NCBI GenBank assembly: GCA_965116905.1
Contig: OZ220732.1
Coordinates: 3,296,001-3,360,000 of the forward strand
Direction of reading: 5' to 3'
DNA from: Longimicrobiales bacterium
Lineage (GTDB): Bacteria; Gemmatimonadota; Gemmatimonadetes; Longimicrobiales; Gaopeijiaceae
DNA length: 64,000 nucleotides
Both the position numbers and the translations under genes were made by a program. Below are positions 1 through 9,529 of the stretch, in pieces; position 1 is the first letter of the stretch; every line of letters begins with the position of its first letter. The notes below the pieces were generated by a model, which had not been told where the DNA came from, did no database searches, and was given only the letters and a program-made list of their open reading frames with translations.

Positions 1-571
1 GTCCGGCGGTCACCGGCCCGATTCCCGGAAGCTTCTGGAGTTCGATCGCCGTCGCGCGGTTCAGGTCGATGATCTCGACGCCGGACACGGGATCCGGCGT
101 CCCGTTCTCGGCCGAGCCAACCGCTTGAGGGGACGCTCCGAACCCGGCTTCACCGGCGGGCAGGCGGGACCCCGATGACGCCACCCGCAGATGGGGCCTG
201 AGCCGCTCCACCGACCTCGCCCCCAGTCCGGGAACGCGCGCCAGATCCTCCGGGCGGGCAAAGGGGCCATTCTGCTCTCGGTCCTGCACGATGCGCGCCG
301 CCTTGGACGCGCCCACTCCGGGCAGCCGGTCCAGTTCCTCCTCCGATGCCGTATTGGGGTCGATCGTTTCCCCCGCGGCCAGGGGCCGACTTCGACGCGC
401 TTGCGCTTCCACCGCGGAGTCGCCCGCCGCCAACAGGCTGTCCGCGATCGACGGGCGATCCGCGAGCGGCGGTTCCGCAGGTCCGGGCGCAAAGACCAGA
501 AACCTCACCAGGGCCGCTCCGGCAAGGAGCAGAGCGGCACGCAACATGCTCTTCTTCTCTCGGTCCGTCAC
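1..571 (-). CDS. comEA: ComEA-family helix-hairpin-helix DNA-binding protein (3' end runs off the window)
   Basis: Not in the ORF track because it is open-ended. GTG at 571 follows an AAGAAAGGGAGG RBS. My translation: MTDREKKSMLRAALLLAGAALVRFLVF (membrane anchor)...IDPNTASEEELDRLPGVGASKAARIVQDREQNGPFARPEDLARVPGLG, then a second HhH unit VDLNRATAIELQKLPGIGP. Confidence 0.85.
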   Translation of the reverse strand, partial: MTDREKKSMLRAALLLAGAALVRFLVFAPGPAEPPLADRPSIADSLLAAGDSAVEAQARRSRPLAAGETIDPNTASEEELDRLPGVGASKAARIVQDREQNGPFARPEDLARVPGLGARSVERLRPHLRVASSGSRLPAGEAGFGASPQAVGSAENGTPDPVSGVEIIDLNRATAIELQKLPGIGPVTAG

Positions 572-712
572 CGTTGCCTCCCTTTCTTGAGGTGCACCCC
601 GGGGCTTCTGCCCGGACCCATGGTCACCCCCTCTCAGGGGCGTTTCCATAGACGAATGGGACAATCGGCATCCGGCCCGGATGCTGTGTGGCGCGACGGC
701 GCGCTGTTTCCC

Positions 713-3700
713 TCAGGAGGGGCGGCGAAGAAGATCGGACGTAAGCAGGAACCGGCCGAAGACGTTGAGCTGAAACTGGGTCGATCCCGCACGCTGGCCG
801 ACGAAGGAGCGGCGGTCGAGGTATCGCAGCCTGACTCCAAGCTGGAAATCCCGTACCGTAGAGTCGAGTGCCAGTGAGACGTCCCGTTCCAGCTGATCGA
901 TGAACGCCACGCACGGACTGTCCGGATTCGATAGCCGGCATTCCACCTCGTCCCCGTATCGGACATTCAGGGTGACCCGCATCGGTGCACCCCTTTCCCT
1001 GAATGCCCGCACCGGGGACCGCAGCAGGGCGGTCACGAGCAGCGAATGCGCGTCCCCTTCCCGCTTCGTGTCGCCGGTCGGATCACGGCTGCTGCCCCGA
1101 TCCAGCCGGCCCTCATAGGCCAGCGTGATGCCGCGGGCGAGACCCAGCGTGAGCGACATGGGGATCTGGCGGTCTTCGCGGAAGCGGTCCTGCTGTGCCC
1201 CCTCGCCGAACCCGAGGCTGCGGGTCACCTTCCGGTATCCGGAGCCCAGCGAGAGACGCTCGACAACCCTGGTCAGGAAACGCGGAATCCCCACCTCGCC
1301 GATCGTCGCGCGGACATCGGGCCAGACCCGCCTCAGATCTTGCCGGTCGGAGCGCGTATCCAGCGCTTCATTGAGGGCCCGGTCGAACGAGAGCCGGACG
1401 GCCGTAGAACCCGGCAGCCTCATGCCACCCCGAATCGTGACGCGGTCGCGCTCGCTCAGCGTCGAGGCCGTGTCGGCGCCGATGGTCAGGAAGTCGTCCC
1501 GGCCGCCCCAACCCAATTCATAAATGGCATTGGGATTTACGGCCTCTCGATTAAAGCGTGACGTGAGACCGTGGGAATAGGCGAATGAAAGGGGATCGAA
1601 GGCTCGAGCCAATCGCCTGGCGGGCGTGTCCTGACCGGGTTCGTCCGCCACCATGCGGCCAGGATCGACGGACAGGCTTGCGATGAGGTTCCTCTGCCCG
1701 TCCACGTTCCGCAGCAGCACCAGCGCCGAGTCGCGACCGGTGCCACGATTCTCGATCAGATCGGCGTTGCGTTCGGAAAGATAGATCGTGGTCACCTGGA
1801 CGTTCGTCCGGGCCCAATCCGTGAGCCGTGGCTGATACACCAACCGGGTTCGCAGGTGACGGTTCACCTCCCATCCCAGGTCGACGCCGCCCACGTTTCG
1901 GCGTTCCGCGGCCAGGAGCGTCCTTCGCCGGTCGTCGGTTGTCAGGTCCTCCAGAGCCAGAAGGTCCCTTCCGCTCAGCAGGTCCGCCGATACGGCGAGC
2001 GATTCCACAGGACGGAACCCGATCGTTGCGGATGCGGTCACCCGCTCCCGCGGTGCGCGTGTGGCCACGGCGAGAGAGTCGTCGGGACTGCGAATGATCC
2101 TGTCGAAGCGCAACGTGCTGAGGTCGCGGTTGAGGAGCTCGCCGGTAAAGCCCAGGCTCTCGGGAGTCCACCGAAGTCGGGCACCCGCAATTCTGTCTTC
2201 GAGGAACGACGGGAGGATCGCGCGCAACGCAGCGCCAACCACCCCCGGGAAAAGCGGAAGTTCGCGGCGCGCCGGGGTTGCCGAGTAGCCGACAAAGGCG
2301 TCCACGCCGGACCCGTCGCTCTCCGTCGTAATGGTGCGCAGGGAGGTACGCACCATTCCGGCCCGCACATCGAGCCCGTCCAGCAGCACATCCCACGGAC
2401 CGCTCGCCTCCTCACTCCGGCGGCGCAGCGAAATGTCCATCCGCGAGCGGCTGAAGCCGGGTTGCCGGAGTCCCTCCAGCCGGTCGGCGCGGACATCGCT
2501 GCGTCCGAGGAAGATGGGCGCCTGTCCCTCCTGTTCATGCGTGAAGGAGAGCGGCGCCTCCAGGCCCCAGGACTCCGGTGTGAAGCGCCCCAGTTGCATC
2601 GTGGCCTGCACGTCGAGCGTACGGTCGTTCTGGAACGTCGGACCGGCCTGCAGTTGGCGAAAATACCCGCCCCTGCGGCGGAAGGAGGCACGGGACTGCA
2701 GAAACTCTCCGCCGCGAACCTCGGCGTCGACGGCCGACACGAGGCCCCCGTCCCGGATTCCATTCGCCAGCCGAAGCTCGTCGACCCATACCTCACCCGA
2801 GATCGGAGCACCGGACTGGTTCATGACCCCGAGGCTGATCTCGCGTACCGACGCGAGGTTGGGAGCGCGGCCCCGGTCCTGCAGCACCACCGCGTAGGTG
2901 GAGTCCGCCGACCACAGCTCCAGGGGCGGGTCCCCGGGCAATCTCGGTTCGAGAATAAGCCGCTCCTCGGCCTGCCGCCTCAGCGTGAGCCACTCGTCGA
3001 AGCCGATGACCACCTCGGGCAGCCAGTCCTCCTCCGCGACCGCGCCGGGTGAGCCGGCTGGATCGAGGCGTGTCCGGAACATGTAGAAGTTGCCGTCGTC
3101 GGTCCCGAACTTGACGAAGAAGTACACGGGAAGCTGCACCCCGAAATCGCCCCTGGGGGCAACCGCCCACAAACGGGCTTCCCGGTAGGACAGGAAATCC
3201 CGGGGTCGTTGCGGGAACCGGTTGTACACCTCCACACGGTCCCCGGGCAGCAGGTCGGAGAAACTCACGGCAAGCGAGCGTTCGTTGAATTCGACGCCCT
3301 GCCCTCCAAAGGCGATCGTCGGATCGTCCAGCTGCTCGATGACCCCGGGCGGGGACGTGTACGCATTCCCCGCCGTGAGCCTGGACACCGGACCCACCTC
3401 GACGCGTCCGTGGACCGATGCGGTGTCCCCGCCGATCCCGGTGAGAACGCCCGTGAGCGAACGCTTGATCCACGTCGATCCCACGATCCCCATGCGGGCC
3501 AGAACGAAGGAATCGCGGCGCTTGCCGGCAACGGTAAGGCGCAGGTGACGCACCGCGCGCAACTCCGCGTCGCTGATCGCCCCGCCGACGTCGATCCCGG
3601 CCGGATGACGCAGCGGGACCCGGTAGAGCCGGAATGCGGTGCCGGTTTCCTGCCGGTCCCGAACCAGAAACGGAGACGACCCGTCCAGGGAAACCACGAA

Positions 3701-6700
3701 GCGGCGATAGCGCTCCAGCGTGTCCAGGTTGCCGTCCTCGTCGAGGTCCTCCGTGTCGGGCCGCCCGTTGCCCCGCGTGCAGTTCGCGTTCGGATCACCC
3801 AGCCGATAGACCCGTCCTCGCTCGGCAAAGCAGTCCTCGACCCATACGCCCCTCCCGTCTGCGAGCCTGCCCCAGACCTCGCCGCGCCGGGGGTCGGCCT
3901 CCTGATCGAGAATCCCCTCGCCCCACGGGACGTGCACGATCGGCTTCACTCCGCTCACCGCGCCGACCGTGTCGACAAAGAAGGCATCCTCGCTCACGAT
4001 GCCGAGGTCGAGCACCAGATGGAGAAAGTCGCCGTCGCGGACGTAGAATTCGATGAAGTCGCTCTTGGTCAGGTCGGTGCCCGTGGGGCTCAGCACCGTG
4101 GTCATCGATGCCCATCCGCCGGGGCCCTCCTCGTCGCCGCTCCTGGGCTGGAATCGCACGAAAAGCCCCGGTTCGCGGATGGCGCTTCCGGTGATCCTGA
4201 TCTGTCGGTCGATGTCCGCGCTGGGGTTGAAGCCCTGAAAGACCCCCAGGCTGTCCCCGCCGGCGCCCTCGTCGATCCAGGTGTGCTGCCAGGTCAGCGA
4301 AGCCACCGTTTCGGGTGACATGATCGGCGGAAGCGCGTCTTCCGCGCCGTCTCGAAACGCCGGACGGCTGCCGCGACGCCACTCCTGGCTCTGAACCGAC
4401 AGCGGCCGGGCGTTCACACCGTCGTAGTCGTCCACGTACACGGCACCCTGCGTGTTCGGATTCGGCAGCGATGCCGCCGTCTCGCCGGACAGGTGCACCG
4501 ACGATTCCGATCCCGCATCGAGGCCGGGGATCGCATTCAGCACCCTGGTCAGGACCGGGGCGTCGAGATTGACGGTCGCGTTCACTCCCCCCAGCCCGAC
4601 CGCCCCCGCTTCCACGCCGAGCTGCGGACGTCGCACCAGTTCGTCCTCGCTCTGGTACAGGCCTACCAGGTTGACCGCTCCGTAGCCGCCAAGATCATAG
4701 CGCGCATTGACTCCGAAGACGGAAGTGGGCGCCACCTGGAAGAAGCTGCGCTGCTCCCAGGACACCTCCAGCACGCGACCCGGGTTGGCGGCCAGCAGCG
4801 CGTCCGGGTTGACCAGGGTCAGCTGTCCTATGTCGTAGTCGATCACGTAGTCCACGTCGCGCAGCAGGGGACGCTCCCCAAGCGTCACGCGCTCCGTGTC
4901 CTCGCGGATGCCGACGGCCCCCAGGGCAAACGACGACAGCAGTCCCTCACCGGTCACCTGGTAGGCCAGATTGAGCCTGAAGACCCCCCCGTTGTCACGC
5001 TCGAACGGGTCGGGATCGCGGTAGATGCGTTCGTTGCGGTTGGCCCCGAGAATCCGTGCGACCTCTACCGAATCGATCGCCAGGCTGCGCAGCGGGGGCG
5101 GATTCGCAAATGGTTCCAGCGTCGGAAACACGATGAAGGTGCCGGACACGGGCGGCTGGTCCTCGAAGGAGTCGAGCGCAGGCCGATAGATCTGGGACTG
5201 GTCGAGGCGGTCGGCAGGTGATTCCTCGTCGAGGCCGAAGAGGCGCAGGTACGTCAGGTCGTCACCGTTCGGACGGCGCGCGAATGTTCGCCCGGCGCTC
5301 TCCTCTCCGAGCGACAGCGTCAGCTCGACCGTGCCGGGATCCACATCGCCGGACGACGACACCCGGTAGACCTGGTGCATCTCGGTGCGCCATGTGGGCC
5401 TGTCGGGCTGGTGCTGGGCCGAAGAAGCCTTCAGGAGCCGCAGCCGGGGCCTTCCGCCGTCTCGGTAGATGCGCTCGGGACTATAGGTGCCGATCGTGTC
5501 TCCCGTCGCCGTGATGTAGGTGACCGCCAGTATCTCGCCCGGACTCAGCGGAGACCGCAGCGCCAGCCACAGCCCGCTGGGATGGACCACGTAGTCCTGG
5601 CCGGGCTGCAGGTACCGGAACCAGGCCGACTCGGCGACCGTGTCCGCCGCGAGCCCGGCTGCCGCGTCGGCCTGTATGTAGCCCTCCACCTGCTGGCGCG
5701 CGTACAGGTCGATTTCGGAGCGGTAGAGCTGGATGGCGTCATCCCCGGGGGCCACCTCGGGCGGAGCGTCCGCGGGTGTCAGCGCCAGCGCGTCCACGTG
5801 CGGGTATTCCGGGAGCTGCGCGGGGTCGAAGAGGAAGAAGAACTGCCCGTCCACGTAGTCGGCGTCGTCGATGATGAGCGTGTCGGTTCGGGAAAAGCCC
5901 CTGCCCGACCCCTCCAGCCGAAAACGCCTCGAGGTCACTTCCCCGCTCTGCTGTGCCCACACGGACTGAATGTCCACGGGGCCCGCCCTCAATGCGGCCT
6001 GAAAGCCGAAGTTGCCCGCGGGCACGCCTTCGCGCAGGAAACGCGAAGGGGGCAGATCCAGGCGCACATCGCCCACCTCGAACCGTTGCAGCACCTCCCC
6101 GGGAAGGCCCTGGTAGTGAATGTTGACCCGGTTCGCCCCCTGAAACTCACGGGTCTGATCGTAGTCGACGTCGACGAGGATGCGATTCGTGATCGTGCCG
6201 TCGGCGTTCGCGGCGAACTGGATGTCCGGGTTGAGCTTCGGCAGCGTTGGGAGCTCGCAGGTCACCTGCACCGTTTCGTCGCAGGGACGGAACTGTGTCC
6301 AGTCGCCGCCGAACTGGCCGGTCCCCCGCAGGAAGAAGCCAAGATCGGCGAACTCGTTCTGGAACCTCTCCGGATCGACGACCCGTCCGCCCAGCACCGC
6401 GCGGGGGCGCGGCGCCGGGATGTCCGCGTAACCGAACGTGCGCCCGAGCGTGCCCAGCCGCGCCAGCGGCTCTTCGTTCCAGTCGGGCCGCACCGGCGGG
6501 CTCAGCGACACGGGCTGGCCCGGCATGCGGCGGAGCAGCAGAGGGGGAGCGTTCAGGGCCAGCCCGAAGCGCGCAACGGGGACGCGCGCGAGACCGAGCC
6601 GCACCGCAGGTGGTGGCGGCGCGGGCGGCGACATCAGGGATTCAAGTGGTTGCCGCAACTGCGGGATGATCCAGAGAAGGGTGTCCGCGAGAGGGGGGCC

Positions 6701-6874
6701 GCGTTCCTGCTGGCCATCGATTCCCCCCGCCGACGCGAGCAGCAGCGCGATGGCCGCCGCAGATGCCCGACCGCCGCCTCCGCCTGGCCGGCCCGGGCCA
6801 CGGACCCGCCAGCGGATCCGGTCAGGTCCGGACTCGCGGCGCCGGAGACTCCCGCGGGATCGGTTACATTTCAT
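713..6874 (-). CDS. sprA: SprA/Sov-like very large outer-membrane beta-barrel protein (T9SS translocon homologue)
   Basis: 2053-aa ORF with an N-terminal hydrophobic segment. It has SprA-like segments (EVGDVRLDLP, DTEDLDEDGNL, FRLYRVPL, GEVWVDELRL) and a beta-strand-rich C-terminal half. The true start may be somewhat downstream of 6874. Confidence 0.75.
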   Translation of the reverse strand: MKCNRSRGSLRRRESGPDRIRWRVRGPGRPGGGGGRASAAAIALLLASAGGIDGQQERGPPLADTLLWIIPQLRQPLESLMSPPAPPPPAVRLGLARVPVARFGLALNAPPLLLRRMPGQPVSLSPPVRPDWNEEPLARLGTLGRTFGYADIPAPRPRAVLGGRVVDPERFQNEFADLGFFLRGTGQFGGDWTQFRPCDETVQVTCELPTLPKLNPDIQFAANADGTITNRILVDVDYDQTREFQGANRVNIHYQGLPGEVLQRFEVGDVRLDLPPSRFLREGVPAGNFGFQAALRAGPVDIQSVWAQQSGEVTSRRFRLEGSGRGFSRTDTLIIDDADYVDGQFFFLFDPAQLPEYPHVDALALTPADAPPEVAPGDDAIQLYRSEIDLYARQQVEGYIQADAAAGLAADTVAESAWFRYLQPGQDYVVHPSGLWLALRSPLSPGEILAVTYITATGDTIGTYSPERIYRDGGRPRLRLLKASSAQHQPDRPTWRTEMHQVYRVSSSGDVDPGTVELTLSLGEESAGRTFARRPNGDDLTYLRLFGLDEESPADRLDQSQIYRPALDSFEDQPPVSGTFIVFPTLEPFANPPPLRSLAIDSVEVARILGANRNERIYRDPDPFERDNGGVFRLNLAYQVTGEGLLSSFALGAVGIREDTERVTLGERPLLRDVDYVIDYDIGQLTLVNPDALLAANPGRVLEVSWEQRSFFQVAPTSVFGVNARYDLGGYGAVNLVGLYQSEDELVRRPQLGVEAGAVGLGGVNATVNLDAPVLTRVLNAIPGLDAGSESSVHLSGETAASLPNPNTQGAVYVDDYDGVNARPLSVQSQEWRRGSRPAFRDGAEDALPPIMSPETVASLTWQHTWIDEGAGGDSLGVFQGFNPSADIDRQIRITGSAIREPGLFVRFQPRSGDEEGPGGWASMTTVLSPTGTDLTKSDFIEFYVRDGDFLHLVLDLGIVSEDAFFVDTVGAVSGVKPIVHVPWGEGILDQEADPRRGEVWGRLADGRGVWVEDCFAERGRVYRLGDPNANCTRGNGRPDTEDLDEDGNLDTLERYRRFVVSLDGSSPFLVRDRQETGTAFRLYRVPLRHPAGIDVGGAISDAELRAVRHLRLTVAGKRRDSFVLARMGIVGSTWIKRSLTGVLTGIGGDTASVHGRVEVGPVSRLTAGNAYTSPPGVIEQLDDPTIAFGGQGVEFNERSLAVSFSDLLPGDRVEVYNRFPQRPRDFLSYREARLWAVAPRGDFGVQLPVYFFVKFGTDDGNFYMFRTRLDPAGSPGAVAEEDWLPEVVIGFDEWLTLRRQAEERLILEPRLPGDPPLELWSADSTYAVVLQDRGRAPNLASVREISLGVMNQSGAPISGEVWVDELRLANGIRDGGLVSAVDAEVRGGEFLQSRASFRRRGGYFRQLQAGPTFQNDRTLDVQATMQLGRFTPESWGLEAPLSFTHEQEGQAPIFLGRSDVRADRLEGLRQPGFSRSRMDISLRRRSEEASGPWDVLLDGLDVRAGMVRTSLRTITTESDGSGVDAFVGYSATPARRELPLFPGVVGAALRAILPSFLEDRIAGARLRWTPESLGFTGELLNRDLSTLRFDRIIRSPDDSLAVATRAPRERVTASATIGFRPVESLAVSADLLSGRDLLALEDLTTDDRRRTLLAAERRNVGGVDLGWEVNRHLRTRLVYQPRLTDWARTNVQVTTIYLSERNADLIENRGTGRDSALVLLRNVDGQRNLIASLSVDPGRMVADEPGQDTPARRLARAFDPLSFAYSHGLTSRFNREAVNPNAIYELGWGGRDDFLTIGADTASTLSERDRVTIRGGMRLPGSTAVRLSFDRALNEALDTRSDRQDLRRVWPDVRATIGEVGIPRFLTRVVERLSLGSGYRKVTRSLGFGEGAQQDRFREDRQIPMSLTLGLARGITLAYEGRLDRGSSRDPTGDTKREGDAHSLLVTALLRSPVRAFRERGAPMRVTLNVRYGDEVECRLSNPDSPCVAFIDQLERDVSLALDSTVRDFQLGVRLRYLDRRSFVGQRAGSTQFQLNVFGRFLLTSDLLRRPS

Positions 6875-6992
6875 GATTCAGGCCGTTGAGACCCGCGAAT
6901 CGCCGGCGAGCGGAACAACCAACCGGGGGTCGAGGGCAATCCAAGGGGCGCCCGTCGAAAAAAGTGGCTTCACAGTTCGATTCCAGCCGACC

Positions 6993-8420
6993 ATGACGAT
7001 TCTGACGCGCTACCTGATACGCTCACACCTGGTTCCGCTCCTGTTCACATTCAGTCTTGTGACCGGCCTGCTCTACCTGAACACGGTGACCCGGTTGCTG
7101 GAGGACCTGGTCGGAAAGGGGCTGCCGACCGAGATCATCCTCGAAGCCCTTATCCTATCGTTTCCCCATACCCTGGCGCTGAGCCTCCCCATCGCGGTCC
7201 TCCCGGCAGTCCTCTATACGTTCAGCGAACTCGCATCCGCGAGCGAGATCGTAGCGATGTCCGCCAGCGGCGTGCGGCCGCGCAAGCTCTTCATTCCGGT
7301 GCTTCTCCTCGGCACGCTTCTGACCGGCATCACGTACACCTTCAACGACTTCGTGCTGCCGGAGGCGAACCACCGGCTCAAGAACCTCCGCAACTCCATC
7401 CGCCAGAAGAGTCCCACCTTCCAACTCCGCGAGCGCGTGGTCAACCTCATCGAAGGAGAGAATGGGCTGGGCCCCTATTTTCTGAGGGTGGACGAGATCG
7501 ATCCCGTGTCGGCCGAACTCACCGAGGTCGTCATCTATGATATGAGTCAGCAGGGGACCCGGCGCACCACGTATGCGACACGCGGCAAGATGGATCTCAA
7601 CAACACGTACACCGACCTTCACCTTCGGCTCCACGATGGCCAGGTGTACGAGGTGGGCAACCGGGAGATCGGAGCCTTCCAGCGGACGGGGTTCGAGGAA
7701 CAGCTGTACGTCCTTCGTGGCGTGGGAGACGTGTTCCAGGACATGGGCGGCGACCAACGCACCGACCGTGAGATGTCCATCGCGCTTCTGCGCGACTCCG
7801 CCCAGGCCAAGCGCCTCGCTCTGGACTCGATCCGGCAGGACGCGCGCCGGCAAACGATACGGGCGGTGGAGCGGGCCCTTGGCACGGGTCAGATCGCGGA
7901 CTCTGCCCGGACCCACGGCGTCGGCCTCGCCAAGCCGCTGCCGGGGACCACGGGCGACGTGCTCCCCTCCGACGACGTCTCCCGCACGGTCGCGCTGACC
8001 GCGCGCACGCACACGGCCCGAACGACGGCCTTGCGAAAGCGCGCGAGCCAATACGGCGTCGAGATTCACAAGAAGCTCGTCATCGCCAGCGCGTGCATCA
8101 TCTTCGTCCTGATCGGCATGCCCGTCGGCATCCGCTTCCCCCGGGGCGGGATCAGCATGGTGATCGTCGTGTCCGCCGCGGTCATCGGCGTCTACCAGTA
8201 CGGCCTGACCACGGGCGAGGACTGGGCCGACCGGGACCTCGCCGCGCCGTTCTGGACCATGTGGGCCCCCAACCTCGTCTTCCTTGTGATCGGGATGCTC
8301 ATGGTGTCCCGCATGGGCAGATGGATCGCGTCCTCCCGCGACAGTGGCTGGCGCGACCTCTGGCTGGCCGCAAGGCGCTTGATCCGCAAGGTGTTCGGAC
8401 GTCGAAGAAGGCCGGCCTGA
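6993..8420 (+). CDS. lptF: LPS export ABC permease LptF (YjgP/YjgQ family)
   Basis: ATG at 6993 (MTILTRYLIRS). Three N-terminal TM helices, SEIVAMSASGV motif, periplasmic domain, EIHKK followed by C-terminal TM helices. Paired with a downstream paralogue. Confidence 0.9.
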   Translation: MTILTRYLIRSHLVPLLFTFSLVTGLLYLNTVTRLLEDLVGKGLPTEIILEALILSFPHTLALSLPIAVLPAVLYTFSELASASEIVAMSASGVRPRKLFIPVLLLGTLLTGITYTFNDFVLPEANHRLKNLRNSIRQKSPTFQLRERVVNLIEGENGLGPYFLRVDEIDPVSAELTEVVIYDMSQQGTRRTTYATRGKMDLNNTYTDLHLRLHDGQVYEVGNREIGAFQRTGFEEQLYVLRGVGDVFQDMGGDQRTDREMSIALLRDSAQAKRLALDSIRQDARRQTIRAVERALGTGQIADSARTHGVGLAKPLPGTTGDVLPSDDVSRTVALTARTHTARTTALRKRASQYGVEIHKKLVIASACIIFVLIGMPVGIRFPRGGISMVIVVSAAVIGVYQYGLTTGEDWADRDLAAPFWTMWAPNLVFLVIGMLMVSRMGRWIASSRDSGWRDLWLAARRLIRKVFGRRRRPA

Positions 8421-9481
8421 TGCGCATCCTGGACCGAATGGTGGCCGTCACGTTCATGTGGCTGTTTGCCGTGTTCGCCCTGAGCGTGCCCATCCTGTTC
8501 GTGCTCGGCGACCTGTCCGAGCAGCAGGGACGGTTCCTGGACCGCGGCCTCACCGTCGTCGACATCGCGCACGGCTACATGTACATGTACCCCCACTTCA
8601 TGCTCTGGTCGGCGCCGGTCGCGGCGCTCATCGCCGCGGTCTTCACGGTGCATTCCATGACGATCCACCGCGAGATCCAGGCGGCGAAGGCCGGGGGCAT
8701 TTCCTTTCACCGGCTGATCGCGCCGATCTGGCCGGTGGGCGCCGTCCTGACGGGCGCCGCCTTCTTCCTGGGCGCCATCGTCCCCGGATCCAACCGCAGG
8801 GCTGCCGAGATCTTCGGGGAGCGCGAACTGCGCAGGGAGTGGCGCCACGACTTCGTCTACCAGACCGAGTCCGACGAGACCCTGAGCGTCCAGCAACTGT
8901 TCGCCACGACGAATTCCATGGACGGGGTGCTCGTCGAGAGCCTCGACGCCGACGGCTCACTGCGGCACGTCTGGGCGGACCAGGCTTTCTTCGCCGAGGA
9001 CAGCTGGACCCTGCATCAGGGTTACCTGCGCCTGATCAATCCCGAGGGCCGGGAGACCTCGTACTCCTTCGACCGCTACCGGCCCCTGGGGCTCACCGTG
9101 TCGCCGGATGAGCTGCTCGACGACCCCCCCGAGGAGGAGGAGATGAGCTACCGGGAACTCGGGCGGAGGGCCGCGGCCGTTCACCGCTCAGGGGGAGATC
9201 CGAGCGAGCTTCTCGTCAAGAAGGAACAGAAGCTCGCGATACCCGCGGCCCTGCTGGTCATCATCGTCTTCGGCGCCCCCCTGGCGACCACCGTCGAGAA
9301 GGGAGGACCCGCGTTCGGCGTGGGCGTGTCGCTCGGCTCCACGCTCCTCTACATACTCCTGATGAGGCTCTTCGGGGCCATCGGGGCCACGGGCGGACTG
9401 TCCCCGGTGTGGGCGGCGTGGTCACCCAACATCCTGTTTCTGGCGGTGGGGATCATCCTGCTGTTTCGGGTGCGCACGTAG
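8420..9481 (+). CDS. lptG: LPS export ABC permease LptG (YjgP/YjgQ family)
   Basis: ATG overlaps the lptF stop (TGATG). MRILDRMV start, REIQAAKAGGISF motif, C-terminal AAWSPNILF. Confidence 0.9.
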   Translation: MRILDRMVAVTFMWLFAVFALSVPILFVLGDLSEQQGRFLDRGLTVVDIAHGYMYMYPHFMLWSAPVAALIAAVFTVHSMTIHREIQAAKAGGISFHRLIAPIWPVGAVLTGAAFFLGAIVPGSNRRAAEIFGERELRREWRHDFVYQTESDETLSVQQLFATTNSMDGVLVESLDADGSLRHVWADQAFFAEDSWTLHQGYLRLINPEGRETSYSFDRYRPLGLTVSPDELLDDPPEEEEMSYRELGRRAAAVHRSGGDPSELLVKKEQKLAIPAALLVIIVFGAPLATTVEKGGPAFGVGVSLGSTLLYILLMRLFGAIGATGGLSPVWAAWSPNILFLAVGIILLFRVRT

Positions 9482-9529
9482 CCCGCCGGCAACCGTACCC
9501 CACGCCGCGAGAGGCCCGTTCCCGGCGCC

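Noticed and set aside
6438..6992. N-terminal extensions in the ORF track (lptF from 6438, dapF from 10732, peptidase from 26897, rpe from 41926, ATPase from 50161, tesA from 62460)
   Set aside because: They overlap neighbouring genes or repeats; family homology and RBS or coupling signals start downstream.
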